This document shows, one piece after another, positions 20,738 through 31,377 of a stretch of 64,000 bases of DNA. The notes under the pieces were generated by a model, which was given only the letters and a program-made list of their open reading frames with translations, was not told where the DNA came from and did not search any database. The stretch covers positions 10,059 through 74,058 of the forward strand of contig JAYRII010000014.1 in assembly GCA_041906885.1 (NCBI GenBank), given 5' to 3'. Made by a program: the position numbers and the translations under genes. This DNA is from Candidatus Saccharimonadia bacterium. Lineage in GTDB: Bacteria; Patescibacteriota; Saccharimonadia; CAILAD01; CAZGYV01. Position 1 is the stretch's first letter, and every line of letters begins with the position of its first letter.

Positions 20738-20823
20738 GTATAATCTGTATCATCTTTAAAGTTAAACGGTCATAATTTATTTGCATGCAGTTCGAGCAAA
20801 AACCGAAGCTTAAGTAAATTTAA

Positions 20824-20943
20824 GGTGTATTTGTAGGAGCCGGAGTGCGAGGCACAAAGGAGAAACGGAATGAGTCGTACTTATATGGTACGGCGAATGA
20901 GTATCGCAATTTGCAACGAAGTAATCCGCCGTACAAATACGCC
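20824..20943. repeat. ~120 nt RPE-1-like palindromic element, copy just 3' of groEL
   Basis: Terminal IR GGTGTATTTGTA/TACAAATACGCC; AAGG..GTCGTAC-loop-GTACGGC..AACGAAG core. Confidence 0.8.
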
Positions 20944-20948
20944 GAAAA

Positions 20949-22622
<1,674 letters not shown>

Positions 22623-22649
22623 CTATAGTTATAATTATTGGTTTAGCTA

Positions 22650-22768
22650 GGTAGTCTTGGCGTGATGAAGTTCAAGGAAAAACCGAGAATCAGAGTGCAG
22701 TTCACTGCTTGGTGAATGAAATGAGAATCGCAGGTTTTGATGCCGAAATTCACTCGCCCATGACTACC
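22650..22768. repeat. RPE-1-like palindromic element between groES and groEL
   Basis: Terminal IR GGTAGTC.TGGCG/CGCCCATGACTACC; AAGG..TTCAC-N6-GTGAA..GATGCCG core. Confidence 0.75.
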
Positions 22769-22770
22769 GA

Positions 22771-23031
22771 CTATTCAATTATCGCCAGAACATCCTCTTC
22801 TTTAGCAATCAGGACTTCTTTGCCATCCACCTTGATTTCAGTTGGGCCATATTTGCCATATAAAACTTTGTCGCCCACTTTGACCTCTTTTACATCCTTG
22901 CCGACAGCCAAAATCTTACCCTCGCTTGGCTTCTCTTTAGCACTATCAGGTAGAATTATACCCGACGCACTAACCTCTTCGGCCGCAACCTGTTCAATTA
23001 CAAGACGGTCGGCCAATGGTTGCAAATTCAT
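22771..23031 (-). CDS. groS: Co-chaperonin GroES
   Basis: LQPLADRLV, SGIILPDSAKEKP, VKVGDKVLY. Confidence 0.99.
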   Translation of the reverse strand: MNLQPLADRLVIEQVAAEEVSASGIILPDSAKEKPSEGKILAVGKDVKEVKVGDKVLYGKYGPTEIKVDGKEVLIAKEEDVLAIIE

Positions 23032-23103
23032 GCTCTTTTGCCTCCTTAAAAATTTAGTTCGTTATACACATAAATTACCCAAAAACTCATACTGCTTAAG
23101 TTT

Positions 23104-23130
23104 TTGGCACTCTGCACTAGCGAGTGCTAA
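23104..23130 (-). promoter_or_regulatory. CIRCE element (HrcA operator)
   Basis: TTAGCACTC-N9-GAGTGCCAA on the minus strand, ~70 nt upstream of groES. Confidence 0.92.
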
Positions 23131-23245
23131 TATCAGCTTATAAAAGACAACCGCCCTTGTCAAGATAAACTCTAAGCGCCCCTTGAGATATCAAGATAAA
23201 AAAAGTCAAAGATATGACAGCCAGCATCTTACTAGATAACCTGAC

Positions 23246-24133
23246 TTATATACGAGTATTCCGAAGCTCGTCGTGTTTTTGCCTAATCTGGCAGTATTTA
23301 GTGGCAATTTCAGCGCTTCTATCCAGGTTGTGGAGATTTATTATATCCGGCCGCACTCGAATAAATGCCTGATCGGTATGCGTCTTGGGTTGGCGCGAGG
23401 TGTGTTTGAGATGTACCCGATAGCCCCGATCATCAAGCCGATCGAGCAGGCGCAGGCCATTGGCGTAGACATGAATATCTGTACTCGGCCAGACATAGCT
23501 CGGTAGAGCCTCGAAGGCGTAGCGGTCTTTCTTGAGCAAACCGTACCAGATAGAAGCACCATATACTGGCTTAGCCATGACCAACCAATAGAGTAAATGA
23601 GGATCGTTTTGCTTCATGATGTCTTTTTGACTGTTGACCCCTGCTGTAGTCAAGAACATGCCCAGCCTAAACTTGCCAGCTGTTTTTGTGGCGGTTTCCA
23701 GCTGCCCCAGCAGGCGCAAGCCATACATCAGACTACCTTTGGCAATATAAGCTCGGTTGGGCTTAGTGATAATCAGTAGGTCAATATTGTTCGCCGAGTG
23801 AATGTTGCCAAAGCTAACACTATTCACTACCACGACCGATTTGACATAAGGTAAGAGTCGAAAAAGATAACTCCAGCGCTTGGCTTTGGCTAGCAGCTTG
23901 GCCTGACGCTTAAGCTGTTCATCACGACTAAGATATTTAATACCCTTTAAGCCTAAGTAATCACCGATGATGTGTATCTTCCCCCTCTTGATGAGGTCTT
24001 TTATCTCGTCTCGGATGGCTAAATGGCTGGTCTTGACGGGTAATAACTGATTTATTTCAGCTTCAGCTAAGGGAAGGCGGAAAACCGCAAAGTAGGCCAA
24101 GAGATCTAAAACTGAACCAGCCAAGTCGGTCAT
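23246..24133 (-). CDS. Conserved protein with a degenerate nucleotidyltransferase-like domain
   Basis: LAYFAVFRLPL..EI; LPYVKSVVVVNSVSFG..NIDLLIITKPNR. Confidence 0.7.
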   Translation of the reverse strand: MTDLAGSVLDLLAYFAVFRLPLAEAEINQLLPVKTSHLAIRDEIKDLIKRGKIHIIGDYLGLKGIKYLSRDEQLKRQAKLLAKAKRWSYLFRLLPYVKSVVVVNSVSFGNIHSANNIDLLIITKPNRAYIAKGSLMYGLRLLGQLETATKTAGKFRLGMFLTTAGVNSQKDIMKQNDPHLLYWLVMAKPVYGASIWYGLLKKDRYAFEALPSYVWPSTDIHVYANGLRLLDRLDDRGYRVHLKHTSRQPKTHTDQAFIRVRPDIINLHNLDRSAEIATKYCQIRQKHDELRNTRI

Positions 24134-24135
24134 GT

Positions 24136-25470
24136 CTAAGCCCTAATCAGCTCTAATAGTTCAGTCGTTTTTTCCTTGGTCAGCGCCTCATTCTTGCTTT
24201 CGACATTGAGACGTAGATACGGCTCGGTGTTGCTGGGGCGAAGATTAAACCACCAGCTTGCGTAGCGTACCGTCAAGCCATCGAGCTCATCCTGGTGGCT
24301 ATCTGAGTAGTGGTTTTTAATTTTTTGCAAAATCGCACTTTTGTCTGAAGATTCGATATTGATCTCATCTGAGCCTACGTAGCGCTTGAAAGGAGCCATC
24401 ACAGCAGACAATTTCTTACCAGAGGTGCTCAAGATCGCAATAGCCTTCAAGGCGGCAATCAGGCCGCTATCGGCACAGAAATTATCCTTAAAGTAAAAAT
24501 GTCCAGAGTGCTCAACTGCTAGTAGCGCGCTGGTTTCGTGCATTTTAGCCTTGATAAATGAGTGCCCAACCCGCGTCCGAATCGCCTTACCACCCAAGGT
24601 ATGAATGACATCTGGGACAACATCGGAAGTAATGGCATTGTATAGAATAGTGGCGCCGGGATTATCCTCCAAAACCACCCAAGCTAAGAGCGCGCCCAGC
24701 TGGCTAGCCGGAACCGGCTCACCCTTTTCGTCGACCAAGAAGGCCCGGTCACCGTCACCATCGAAGGCTACTCCCAGATCGAGCTTTTTATCATTCACGA
24801 GTCCGGTAAGATCCAGCAAGTTTTTGCTAATCATCGGATTGGCCGGATGATTCGGAAATGTGCCGTTTAGCTCAGTAAAGAGCGGCTCGATCTCAAGTGG
24901 AGTTTTGCTTTTGAGCTGCGGCAGGTCAATCGCCGCCATACCATTACCGAAGTCCATGCCAACTTTAAGTTTTCTAATATCTCCAGCCAGGCCAAGGGCA
25001 TGTTCAACCCACTCACTGGTGATGTCTTTTTTGATTATCCTGCCACCAGGCTGAGCCGACTGATAATTATCATCTTTGATCGACTGCTTAATCTGATCCA
25101 GACCGGTGTCTTGGCCGACTGGCAAAACACCCTTAGCCGTCAGCTTGATGCCATTGTAGCGGCCAGGGTTATGACTGGCTGTTATCATTGCGCCGCCGGC
25201 CAGATCATATTTGCCGACCGCGAAATAGACCATGTCGCTCGACACCAGGCCAATATCCAAGACGGGCCGACCCTGCTGGATGAGCCCAGCTTTAAGCGCC
25301 TCAGCCAGCTCAGCCGAATCTGGCCTCATGTCACGCCCGACCGCCACCTGGCCCTCTAGCAAGAAGTCAGCCAGAGCTCGCCCGACACCATGTGCCACCT
25401 CAGCTGTCAGCTCATCACCCGACACCCCACGGATGTCATAGGCTTTAAAGATACTCTCTGCAAATTTCAT
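24136..25470 (-). CDS. manB: Phosphomannomutase/phosphoglucomutase
   Basis: IFKAYDIRG, ITASHNP, FDGDGDR, EHSGH, RPSNTEP. Confidence 0.93.
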   Translation of the reverse strand: MKFAESIFKAYDIRGVSGDELTAEVAHGVGRALADFLLEGQVAVGRDMRPDSAELAEALKAGLIQQGRPVLDIGLVSSDMVYFAVGKYDLAGGAMITASHNPGRYNGIKLTAKGVLPVGQDTGLDQIKQSIKDDNYQSAQPGGRIIKKDITSEWVEHALGLAGDIRKLKVGMDFGNGMAAIDLPQLKSKTPLEIEPLFTELNGTFPNHPANPMISKNLLDLTGLVNDKKLDLGVAFDGDGDRAFLVDEKGEPVPASQLGALLAWVVLEDNPGATILYNAITSDVVPDVIHTLGGKAIRTRVGHSFIKAKMHETSALLAVEHSGHFYFKDNFCADSGLIAALKAIAILSTSGKKLSAVMAPFKRYVGSDEINIESSDKSAILQKIKNHYSDSHQDELDGLTVRYASWWFNLRPSNTEPYLRLNVESKNEALTKEKTTELLELIRA

Positions 25471-25513
25471 ACTTTTCATTGTAGCAGACGCACTGGTGCC
25501 TCAAGCCAGCAGA

Positions 25514-25834
25514 CTAGCTAAACATCTCAACAAGAACTTGCCTGATACTTCTCTGCGTTGTCGCAGAGACCATCCCGAGACAGCGCGTCAGGCGAGACCC
25601 ATCAAGCGTTCGGATCTGGTCTAGTACCACTTGGCCAAGCTTGCCATCAAACTGACAATCAACTCTGGTGGGATACTTTCGGCGCTTAGTCGTCAGTGGC
25701 GTCACGATCACGGTTGTGACATGGCGGTTCATCTCATCCGGAGATATCACCACACACGGACGTGCCTTGTGCATCTCACTGCCCACCATCTCACCCAAGT
25801 CAACCAAATAAACCTCAAATTGCTTGATTACCAT
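25514..25834 (-). CDS. PemK/MazF family toxin
   Basis: GSEMHKARPCVVISPDEMN, DQIRTLD. Confidence 0.93.
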   Translation of the reverse strand: MVIKQFEVYLVDLGEMVGSEMHKARPCVVISPDEMNRHVTTVIVTPLTTKRRKYPTRVDCQFDGKLGQVVLDQIRTLDGSRLTRCLGMVSATTQRSIRQVLVEMFS

Positions 25835-26082
25835 TGCCAGTCGGTTTCATCCCACTCTGTCGAGACATCATCCTGCAAGACTGGTCGATCATCATTCGCT
25901 CGAGCCATCCGGCTAAAAGCCTCGTCCCAGCCATTGCGCAGTAATTTAGGAGCCCCAATAATAATTTTGCCCTGACGCGCTTCGATCGTTACTTCACCAG
26001 TCAGTCCACTCTCTTCGAGCATGGCTTTCGGTATGCGAACGCCCATCGAGTTGCCATATTTGGTCAGTTTAGTAATCTTCAT
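25828..26082 (-). CDS. AbrB/MazE family antitoxin
   Basis: KYGNSMGVRIPK; acidic Trp-rich tail; overlaps the toxin start. Confidence 0.93.
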   Translation of the reverse strand: MKITKLTKYGNSMGVRIPKAMLEESGLTGEVTIEARQGKIIIGAPKLLRNGWDEAFSRMARANDDRPVLQDDVSTEWDETDWQW

Positions 26083-26100
26083 GACCTAATTATACCTTAG

Positions 26101-26120
26101 ATGTATATACATTGTTAACA
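26101..26120. promoter_or_regulatory. Probable TA autoregulatory operator
   Basis: Perfect palindromes ATGTATATACAT and TGTTAACA just upstream of the antitoxin -10 box. Confidence 0.6.
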
Positions 26121-26143
26121 CATTTGCAAGTCAGCCGAGTATT

Positions 26144-27211
26144 TTACCAAAACAGATTCTTATTTACCCGTGCGTAAATACGGCTGTAAATACCCTCATA
26201 TTTGTCCCACTGCTTGGCGCGATAGCTCAAAGGCAAGTCATAGCAGCCGACAAACTCGGTCACTTCTTCCGAAAACATACGCTTGAAGCTGTACAGCCCA
26301 GCCTGATGGTGTTGCGGGTTATCGAGCTGGCTTTTGGGCGGCACCGCTACCATATCGTACTCAGTCGCACCACGGCTCTTGGCCCAGCGGATCGCCTCCC
26401 ACTGCAACAGGTACGGTGCCATCAGGTTACGCTTAATCGGAAAGCTACCGCCATCCTTGTAGTAGCCGCGGGTGCCAAAAACGGTCGCGTAGACGCCAGC
26501 CAACACCTCCCCCTCGTGGCGAGCGACGAAGAATTGGGCCATATTCGCCTGCCAAAGCTGCTGCCAATAGTCAGCAAAGTATTCGCGCTTACGCAAAAAA
26601 AATCCAGCCCGATCCTGGGTCGCCTCCATTAGCCGGTACATCAGATCAACACCACCCTCATCCATCGGCAATCGCTCGATCGTGACAGCCTTCTTCTCAG
26701 CTAGGCGAATATTGTAGCGCGTCTTCTGCTTGAAGCCGGCTAGCAGCTCCTCCTCGGGCGCACCAATATCGACAATTATGGTGGCCTTAAATTGCAAATC
26801 ACCCTTGGCCTTATGATAGCCGAATTTCTTAAGATCAATCTCCCCCTCCTCGACTTCCGGCTCAATCTTGAGAAGAACAGCCGTCTTGTCGTGGGTGGGC
26901 AAAAATTCTACGACCTCTTTAGTGAAGGTCTGCTGCATGGCCACCGACTTTTTGTCTGACTTAGCCTTAGCAAACAGGCCTGGGCCCTTCGGGCAATAAT
27001 AAATCGTGCCCAGCGCTGGTACCGCTTTGCCAATTAAGTGGACAGCAATCTTAGCACCATCGTGCTCAAAAATTAGTCGCAGTGGTCGCCAGCCCCATTG
27101 ACTCTTGAACTGTCCCCACTGGTGAGATTGATATATATGGCCACCATCGGGATTCGCCAGCACCAGGTCGTCCCACTCGCTAGTCTCCTCATTGCTGGCC
27201 AATCTTAACAT
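26144..27211 (-). CDS. FemABX/MurM family peptidoglycan peptidyltransferase
   Basis: QSHQWGQFK, YCPKGP, KIEP, KTRYNIRLA, LLQWEAI, FKRMF. Confidence 0.93.
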   Translation of the reverse strand: MLRLASNEETSEWDDLVLANPDGGHIYQSHQWGQFKSQWGWRPLRLIFEHDGAKIAVHLIGKAVPALGTIYYCPKGPGLFAKAKSDKKSVAMQQTFTKEVVEFLPTHDKTAVLLKIEPEVEEGEIDLKKFGYHKAKGDLQFKATIIVDIGAPEEELLAGFKQKTRYNIRLAEKKAVTIERLPMDEGGVDLMYRLMEATQDRAGFFLRKREYFADYWQQLWQANMAQFFVARHEGEVLAGVYATVFGTRGYYKDGGSFPIKRNLMAPYLLQWEAIRWAKSRGATEYDMVAVPPKSQLDNPQHHQAGLYSFKRMFSEEVTEFVGCYDLPLSYRAKQWDKYEGIYSRIYARVNKNLFW

Positions 27212-27230
27212 CGACTGCTTCCTGATAAAA

Positions 27231-27350
27231 TCGACGTTTGCACTTGAGCACAGTACAAGGTACGAGCAAGAATCAGATCGAGATGTATATTAAAGACATC
27301 GAGAGAGAATCGCAGCTGGCAACGCTGTAATATACCAAGAGCAAGCGCGA
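27231..27350. repeat. RPE-1-like palindromic element between the two fem genes
   Basis: Terminal IR TCGACGTTTGCACTTG/CAAGAGCAAGCGCGA; ACAAGG..GATGT-loop-ACATC..AACGCTGT core. Confidence 0.7.
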
Positions 27351-27408
27351 CTGGTACAGTTCTGTCGGACAGCAGGTGCTTGCGATGCGAGTATCGATCG
27401 AGCATGCC

Positions 27409-28416
27409 CTAGTCCATCCGCCTAAGCTTACGGTAGGCACTGTAAGTTTTGTACTTGACTTTGTTTATCGGTATATCCCAAGTACCAATCAAGGTCACTC
27501 GCTTAGCCCCAAAAGCTAGCTTAAAAGTCGTGATACCGGCCCAGGCGTGGGATGCGTCGTCAGTTGGTGCAACCCCCCAGAAGTCAAATTTAGCTTTGCC
27601 TTCCATTTTAGCATCGATAATCGCCTTCCACACTAAAGATACGGAAGCTTTTACCTGACGGTTGAGCTCTTGATATGCACCAGCATGGGCATAATACCTA
27701 GTGCCATCAAAATCATAGAATATCGCTGCACTAACCAGAGCTCCTTCAACTCGAGCTATATAGAACTTCACGGCGTTAAATCGAGACATAACATCAAGCA
27801 TTCGAATATAATAGTCGTCTTCATAAAAGTTAACTCTAGCTCGCTCGGCTGTATCACGCAGCATCTTTAAAAATTCTCGTATAGCTTGGGGCGACATAGT
27901 TTGTTCGATAACAATACCGCGCCGTGTTGTGCCATTGATCAAGTTGCGATGCCCCGACGACAAACCACTTTTAAGCTCTTCCTCGGATTTAGTCAGATCA
28001 AGCAGCGCCGTACAAGCCGGCTCCACCTCGCTGATCAGGTGGCCACCGAATCTCTTGACCATCTCAGCGGTAACAGCTCCGATTGGCTCGAGCCGGACAA
28101 AGTCCATCCCTCGCTCTCTAGCGGCCATCAGAATGCTCTCAATAGCTTCTGGAGCGTTTTTCTGCACAACTGGACCATAAGGACTAAATAAATAACGAAT
28201 GCCCTTAGAACGCCTCTCAAAGGCTTGCCAAGCCCACCCATCACCACTTCTCCTGGTGTAGGGACGACCAACCGCCTGCTGAAACTCTGCCCACCCAGCC
28301 GATTGCAATACGCCACCGTCGAGCGCACTAATATGTTTATCCCAGTCCAGATCTGTGCTTGAGTTATTCATTTGCTCTAATTCTAGCAAGCATTCGCTAA
28401 TTGATACAGCCGTCAT
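27409..28416 (-). CDS. FemABX/MurM family peptidyltransferase, second paralogue
   Basis: LQSAGWAEFQ, SPYGPV, RLEP, LDLTKSEEEL, FDFWG, FKLAFG. Confidence 0.92.
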   Translation of the reverse strand: MTAVSISECLLELEQMNNSSTDLDWDKHISALDGGVLQSAGWAEFQQAVGRPYTRRSGDGWAWQAFERRSKGIRYLFSPYGPVVQKNAPEAIESILMAARERGMDFVRLEPIGAVTAEMVKRFGGHLISEVEPACTALLDLTKSEEELKSGLSSGHRNLINGTTRRGIVIEQTMSPQAIREFLKMLRDTAERARVNFYEDDYYIRMLDVMSRFNAVKFYIARVEGALVSAAIFYDFDGTRYYAHAGAYQELNRQVKASVSLVWKAIIDAKMEGKAKFDFWGVAPTDDASHAWAGITTFKLAFGAKRVTLIGTWDIPINKVKYKTYSAYRKLRRMD

Positions 28417-28468
28417 CTAATAAGTGCACGGTTTGCATTTTTGCTATTCCAAAGCTAGAGTAGGTGTC

Positions 28469-29803
28469 ATGAAAATTATTGCTATTGAATCGAGTTGTGA
28501 TGAAACGGCTGCGGCTGTGGTCGAAGATGGTCAGAGGATTTTAAGTAATGTAATTAGCTCGCAGGTTGATATTCACGCTCGATATGGTGGCGTCGTGCCC
28601 GAAGTGGCCGCCCGCAGCCACATCGAGGTGATTATTCCTGTCATCGAGCAGGCTTTGCGTGAATCAGACTGCAAATGGAACGATATCGACGTCATTGCTG
28701 TCACTCGCGGACCGGGACTAATTGGTTCGCTCCTGATCGGCAGCCTGACAGCTCGTGTCCTGACCGATACTCTCGGCAAGCCGCTCGTGGGTGTGAATCA
28801 TATCGTGGCTCACGCTTTTGCCAGCTTTTTGGAAACGTCAAGTAGCGATAAAAATAGCTCGCCTGAGGCAAAGCCGATTTTCGCGAAGTCGGATGCAATA
28901 CCAGGAAGCAACGAGGCTCGCAGCGAATCGTACCATGCCGTACGAGAAGCGAGAAGCGAGGCAGCTGACGCCGTAGTGCGCCGTCTGCTTGATGACCACA
29001 AGCCGACAGCAAACCAGCCAAGGATGGCTAGCTTGAGTTCAGATCAAGGAAGTAGTGAAGCGCGCCGCGAGGTGTACGAATCTGTACAGCGAGCCAGCAC
29101 TGGAGCGACTGACGCCGAGACGAACCAAGATAGCCGGCCGTCACAGCCAGAATTTCCGATGTTGGCACTTACAGTTTCCGGCGGCCACACCGCCTTGACG
29201 TTATACCAAGACGATTTGAGCTTCGAGGTGCTGGGCGAAACACTCGATGACGCGGCCGGCGAAGCCTTTGATAAAGTCTCCAAATTACTTGGCCTCCCCT
29301 ATCCGGGCGGTCCGGCTATCTCGAAAGCCGCCGAAAAGGGCGATCCGAAGGCCTATAAATTCCCCGTTGCCAAGCTTGGTCGCCAGTCGCTTGATTTTAG
29401 CTTTTCAGGCCTCAAAACGGCTGTACTGCGCCAGGTTCAACAGATTGCTGGCGTTAATCCGGGCGATATTAGCCACCAAAAAACCTACCAGCTTGATGAT
29501 AAAACCGTGGCTGATATTGCTGCCTCATTTGAGCACAACGTCGTTTCTACTCTAATTCAAAAAACCGAGCTGGCTCGGGAGAAATATCAACCGGCTAGTG
29601 TGGTGGTTGGTGGTGGGGTGGCCGCCAATAAACATTTGCGCACAAAAATGCTCGAGGCTGTGCCTGAAGCTATTTTCGTGCCACCGGTGCTTTGTACGGA
29701 CAATGCCGCTATGATCGGAGCGCTGGCCTACCAAATGTGGCGAAAAAAGCTGGTTACAAAACCAGAAGCATTGATCGCTGACTCCAGCCTGGAAGTTTTA
29801 TAA
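28469..29803 (+). CDS. tsaD: tRNA threonylcarbamoyladenosine synthase TsaD with a ~100 aa in-frame insertion
   Basis: IESSCDET, GGVVPEVAARSH, GPGL, HIVAH, VSGGHT, DDAAGEAFDK, FSFSGLKT, GGVAAN, TDNAAMI. Confidence 0.97.
   Translation: MKIIAIESSCDETAAAVVEDGQRILSNVISSQVDIHARYGGVVPEVAARSHIEVIIPVIEQALRESDCKWNDIDVIAVTRGPGLIGSLLIGSLTARVLTDTLGKPLVGVNHIVAHAFASFLETSSSDKNSSPEAKPIFAKSDAIPGSNEARSESYHAVREARSEAADAVVRRLLDDHKPTANQPRMASLSSDQGSSEARREVYESVQRASTGATDAETNQDSRPSQPEFPMLALTVSGGHTALTLYQDDLSFEVLGETLDDAAGEAFDKVSKLLGLPYPGGPAISKAAEKGDPKAYKFPVAKLGRQSLDFSFSGLKTAVLRQVQQIAGVNPGDISHQKTYQLDDKTVADIAASFEHNVVSTLIQKTELAREKYQPASVVVGGGVAANKHLRTKMLEAVPEAIFVPPVLCTDNAAMIGALAYQMWRKKLVTKPEALIADSSLEVL
28886..28990 (+). repeat. 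RPE-1-like palindromic element, in-frame in tsaD (copy 1)
   Basis: CAGGAAG..TCGTAC-N6-GTACGA..CTGACGCCG core with imperfect terminal IR. Confidence 0.8.
29023..29142 (+). repeat. RPE-1-like palindromic element, in-frame in tsaD (copy 2)
   Basis: GGCTAGCTTG.GTTC/GAACCAAGATAGCC IR; CAAGGAAG..TGTAC-N6-GTACA..CTGACGCCG core. Confidence 0.85.
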
Positions 29804-29837
29804 ATTCTCATCTCTTACCTTATAAATGCAAGCCATA

Positions 29838-30723
29838 TTAGGCCTCTTCTGTCTCTTCTTTTCTGACGAGTCTTATCTCGAAACTAAATGCTCGGTCGCC
29901 CGATATGCCAGGCTGTTCTTGTCTATAAATATTATATTTGCGGTCAATTTCAACTCGAAAGCCCAGATTACTATCAAAAGCTAATGGAGATTTTTCTCTC
30001 GCTGCCTCATAGGCATTTCTGCCATCGACCATAAGCCTCCCGTTTTCAAAGCTGTACTCCCCATCTAATCCCCCAGCAGTAGCAGTGAGTCTATACTGGC
30101 GGCCTGGACCTGGAATTGGCTCTAAAATATTAGTTAGTAATTTCATTGACTCAGCCGGGAAAGTAATACCCAGCGTTTTAGTTGTAGCATTGATCATGTC
30201 GGCGGTATCTTCCACCTTGTCAAACGGTCGGAAATTGCGAGTTTTGCCATCGGCCGCCTTATAGTCCACCGCTATGCCTGCTAGTTTATTAATATCATCA
30301 CTGGACAGCGCCACCACCTCTTTGTCGTCACCATGCATAAAATCGACTAACCCGCAGCAAGACTTGCTTAATAGTCGATTCTTTGGCCTCGAAAAGGCTC
30401 TCCAGACCATTCTCGATAGCCTGCTCCCGGATATTTTTATCAGCTTCCAGATCGGCCAGAGCTTCTGCTATACCCGGTACGTCAGCCTTTCTGGCGTTCT
30501 CGATCAAAGCATCATAAAAGCCGAGAGCCTCAGACTTGGCCTGGGCCTTACGATCGGCCTTTCTGTCTGTGGCTGGCTGCTCTGACGTCTCAGTGGCAGC
30601 TTGATCCGCCTCAAGCGCACTTGAAGTATCTTGATCGCGCTCTAGGTCTGCATGATTATCTGAGGAGTCAAGAGGCGACGCGAACTCCTCAGGGCTTGGT
30701 TGTGAATGAATATTTTCTGGCAT
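29838..30723 (-). pseudogene. Hypothetical acidic protein, probably one gene split by a frameshift near 30350-30365
   Basis: ORFs 30328..30723 and 29838..30410 overlap in different frames, and natural-looking sequence switches frame at KQVL/GLVDF. Confidence 0.5.
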
Positions 30724-30886
30724 TTTGTATATCTCTTATGATTGCATTTTAAGTGTTTTTTTTTGCAAATCAATGCTTATTTTTAGTATAAATAGCAGCG
30801 ACCCGCCCTCGAGTGAGGACGGGCCTAGATGTGAAAGCAAAAAGTTTTTTATTTCTCTTTGCTTTTTGGTTTTTTGGCTGAGAGCT

Positions 30887-31231
30887 CTAGGGCGTCAGCC
30901 TTGAGATTTGGTATCGCTGAGCGCGATTGATTTCGCGCGTGATCTCGTCGATGCCGAAGGAGTATCTGTCCCCTTGGGCCAGAGCGACGAAATCGCCGCC
31001 GTACTGCTCGTCGAGACGCTGAAAGTACTCGAACGAGTGAGCCTTCAGCACCGGAAAAGTTCCGTGTAGTCTGTCCAGCATCCCTCTGGTGTTTTCAGCC
31101 ATCTCGCTTTCCGGCCGAGAGCTGATCAGCACTACGCTGGTCTTGTCACAGATCAGTGCTCGGAAACAGTCGATTGCCACCTTGATTGGCGGACTAGCTG
31201 GGTGATCCAGCCACTCGAGCGTCCCTACCAT
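30887..31231 (-). CDS. Hypothetical protein
   Basis: 114 aa, AAAGGGG RBS, downstream hairpin at 30800-30825. Confidence 0.55.
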   Translation of the reverse strand: MVGTLEWLDHPASPPIKVAIDCFRALICDKTSVVLISSRPESEMAENTRGMLDRLHGTFPVLKAHSFEYFQRLDEQYGGDFVALAQGDRYSFGIDEITREINRAQRYQISRLTP

Positions 31232-31377
31232 GCTATCCCCTTTGATTGCTTGGTTGCTGCACCGAGCATTCTACCACCGCCGCCTATAGAAGTAAATACC
31301 TCTTATCCTAGTAATTTAACTATATTTTTAGTACGCTTTTAGGTAGAAATTATAATTTTAGTTATGTAAGTTAATAA

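Noticed and set aside
28832-29145. Intein or intron in tsaD
   Set aside because: No Cys/Ser...His-Asn splice motifs, too short, and no group I/II core; explained by two palindromic repeats.
31240-31377. T-box leader upstream of valS
   Set aside because: The region is short and AT-rich with no T-box motif or terminator.
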